Shown: in pieces, positions 63,078 to 64,000 of the stretch
Position numbering within the stretch: the first letter of the stretch is position 1
Layout: each line of letters opens with the position of its first letter
Assembly (NCBI GenBank): GCA_008690995.1
Contig: VRMN01000001.1
Location: 1,364,001-1,428,000, forward strand
Length of the DNA: 64,000 bases
DNA from: Porphyridium purpureum
Lineage: Eukaryota
Direction of reading: 5' to 3'
Translations under genes and position numbers: made by a program
The notes under the pieces: model-generated
Database searches by the model: none
Told to the model about the DNA's origin: nothing
What the model saw: the letters and a program-made list of their open reading frames with translations, nothing else

Positions 63078-64000
63078 GGTAATTACCGCCCGGTTGTTTG
63101 AGAAAATGGAAAGCCATGAAATGAGGCACGAATGTCCCAGTAGTGAGGAAAATGCGGTGATGGATTAGGCAGCTAATCAGCTGCATGCGCGCATTGCGGG
63201 ACAGGAGATGATGATGGGAAATGAGTCTGCTGGAGATGGGGAGATTCGGAGAGGCAGAACACCTCATAAAGCACGAGGTGGGGATTCCGTACAGGCCAAA
63301 CAGTCATGCTGAACAGCAGCGGTTTCACCACACGCTGAATCAGGGAATCCGTGCGAATCTTGTGCAGGCCGGACTCGGGAAGCGTTGGTTCATGCACGCC
63401 GCGCAGCATTTTGCGTTCATGACGAATAGACTTCACGTGGGCAGGAAGTCTGGAAAGACGCCGTTTGAATTACGACATGGTGAAAAATGGTCGCCGAGAA
63501 ATCTTAGTTTGCCATTCGGGTGCAAGGTGGTCTACAAAGATGATCAGCCTGACAATAAGTATGCACCGCGAGGAAAAGTTGGCATTCTCGTCGGCGTTGG
63601 AGAGCATCCGATGGCAATTTTGGTGCTTCCTCGGGATGACTGGACGAGTGAGACCCCAAAAGTAATTCGCACTCAGGATTTTAAGGCATTTACCCATGAG
63701 TTCCCTTTAAAGGGAATTGAACGAGAGATGGTGAGCCTGAGCCAGCAGGAAGAGTTGCCAGAAGTGGACGAACCATCCGCGGTTGAAGCGGTGCAGGACT
63801 TGGATCGTCGTATCGATGCTCTCAGAGCTAGAGAAGCGGAGCTTGAGAAAGAGATCGAGGCATTGAAAGTGAGAGTGGTTGACGAAGAACGGGCAGCAGG
63901 CACGGGTGGTCCAGTGACGATCCCACAGTTGAACTTAACGACTTTGCTGAAAACTGGAGCGGCGTTGGCGTCTGAGCAAGGACGAGCCGCGATGGAAAAA
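63078..64000 (+). pseudogene. Second copy of the deleted internal region (partial)
   Basis: Repeats about 59810-60714, including the same gag/IN junction. Confidence 0.88.

Larger units (their letters stand above)
59002..64000 (+). mobile_element. Element 2: internally deleted relative of element 1 in tandem (LTR-internal-LTR-internal), running off the window
   Basis: LTRs begin at 59002 and 62299; PBS 59800; PPT 62288; internal region repeated from about 63080. Confidence 0.93.

Overview
Gene-dense, intron-poor, GC-rich eukaryotic DNA. The gene set (plastid-type proteins, SPINDLY, RibD, EGY-like, CBM48) suggests a unicellular alga, possibly a red alga such as Porphyridium; this is inference only. 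About 28 host genes are recognisable, two with spliceosomal introns that the ORF track misses: ETF-beta and the three-exon Yos1/IER3IP1. The main novelty is a family of LTR retrotransposons present twice: a nearly intact, recently inserted copy at 3382-9383 (5-bp TSD CCGGA) and an internally deleted tandem array starting at 59002. (1) The intact copy joins a Ty3/Gypsy-looking Gag and protease to a Ty1/Copia-type integrase-RT-RNase H. (2) Its pol is reached through a -1 frameshift signal, G GAA AAC plus an H-type pseudoknot. (3) The integrase C-terminus carries a variable module: a TRF/telobox-like Myb domain in one element, a coiled coil in the other. (4) The ends are C...G, two bases outside the usual TG...CA. 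Other observations: a box C/D snoRNA candidate in the ETF-beta intron, a pseudogene of a Cys-rich secreted protein, a pyridoxal kinase-DUF952 fusion, and HSEs beside the second insertion. All family calls come from motif recognition by eye; no database searches were run.
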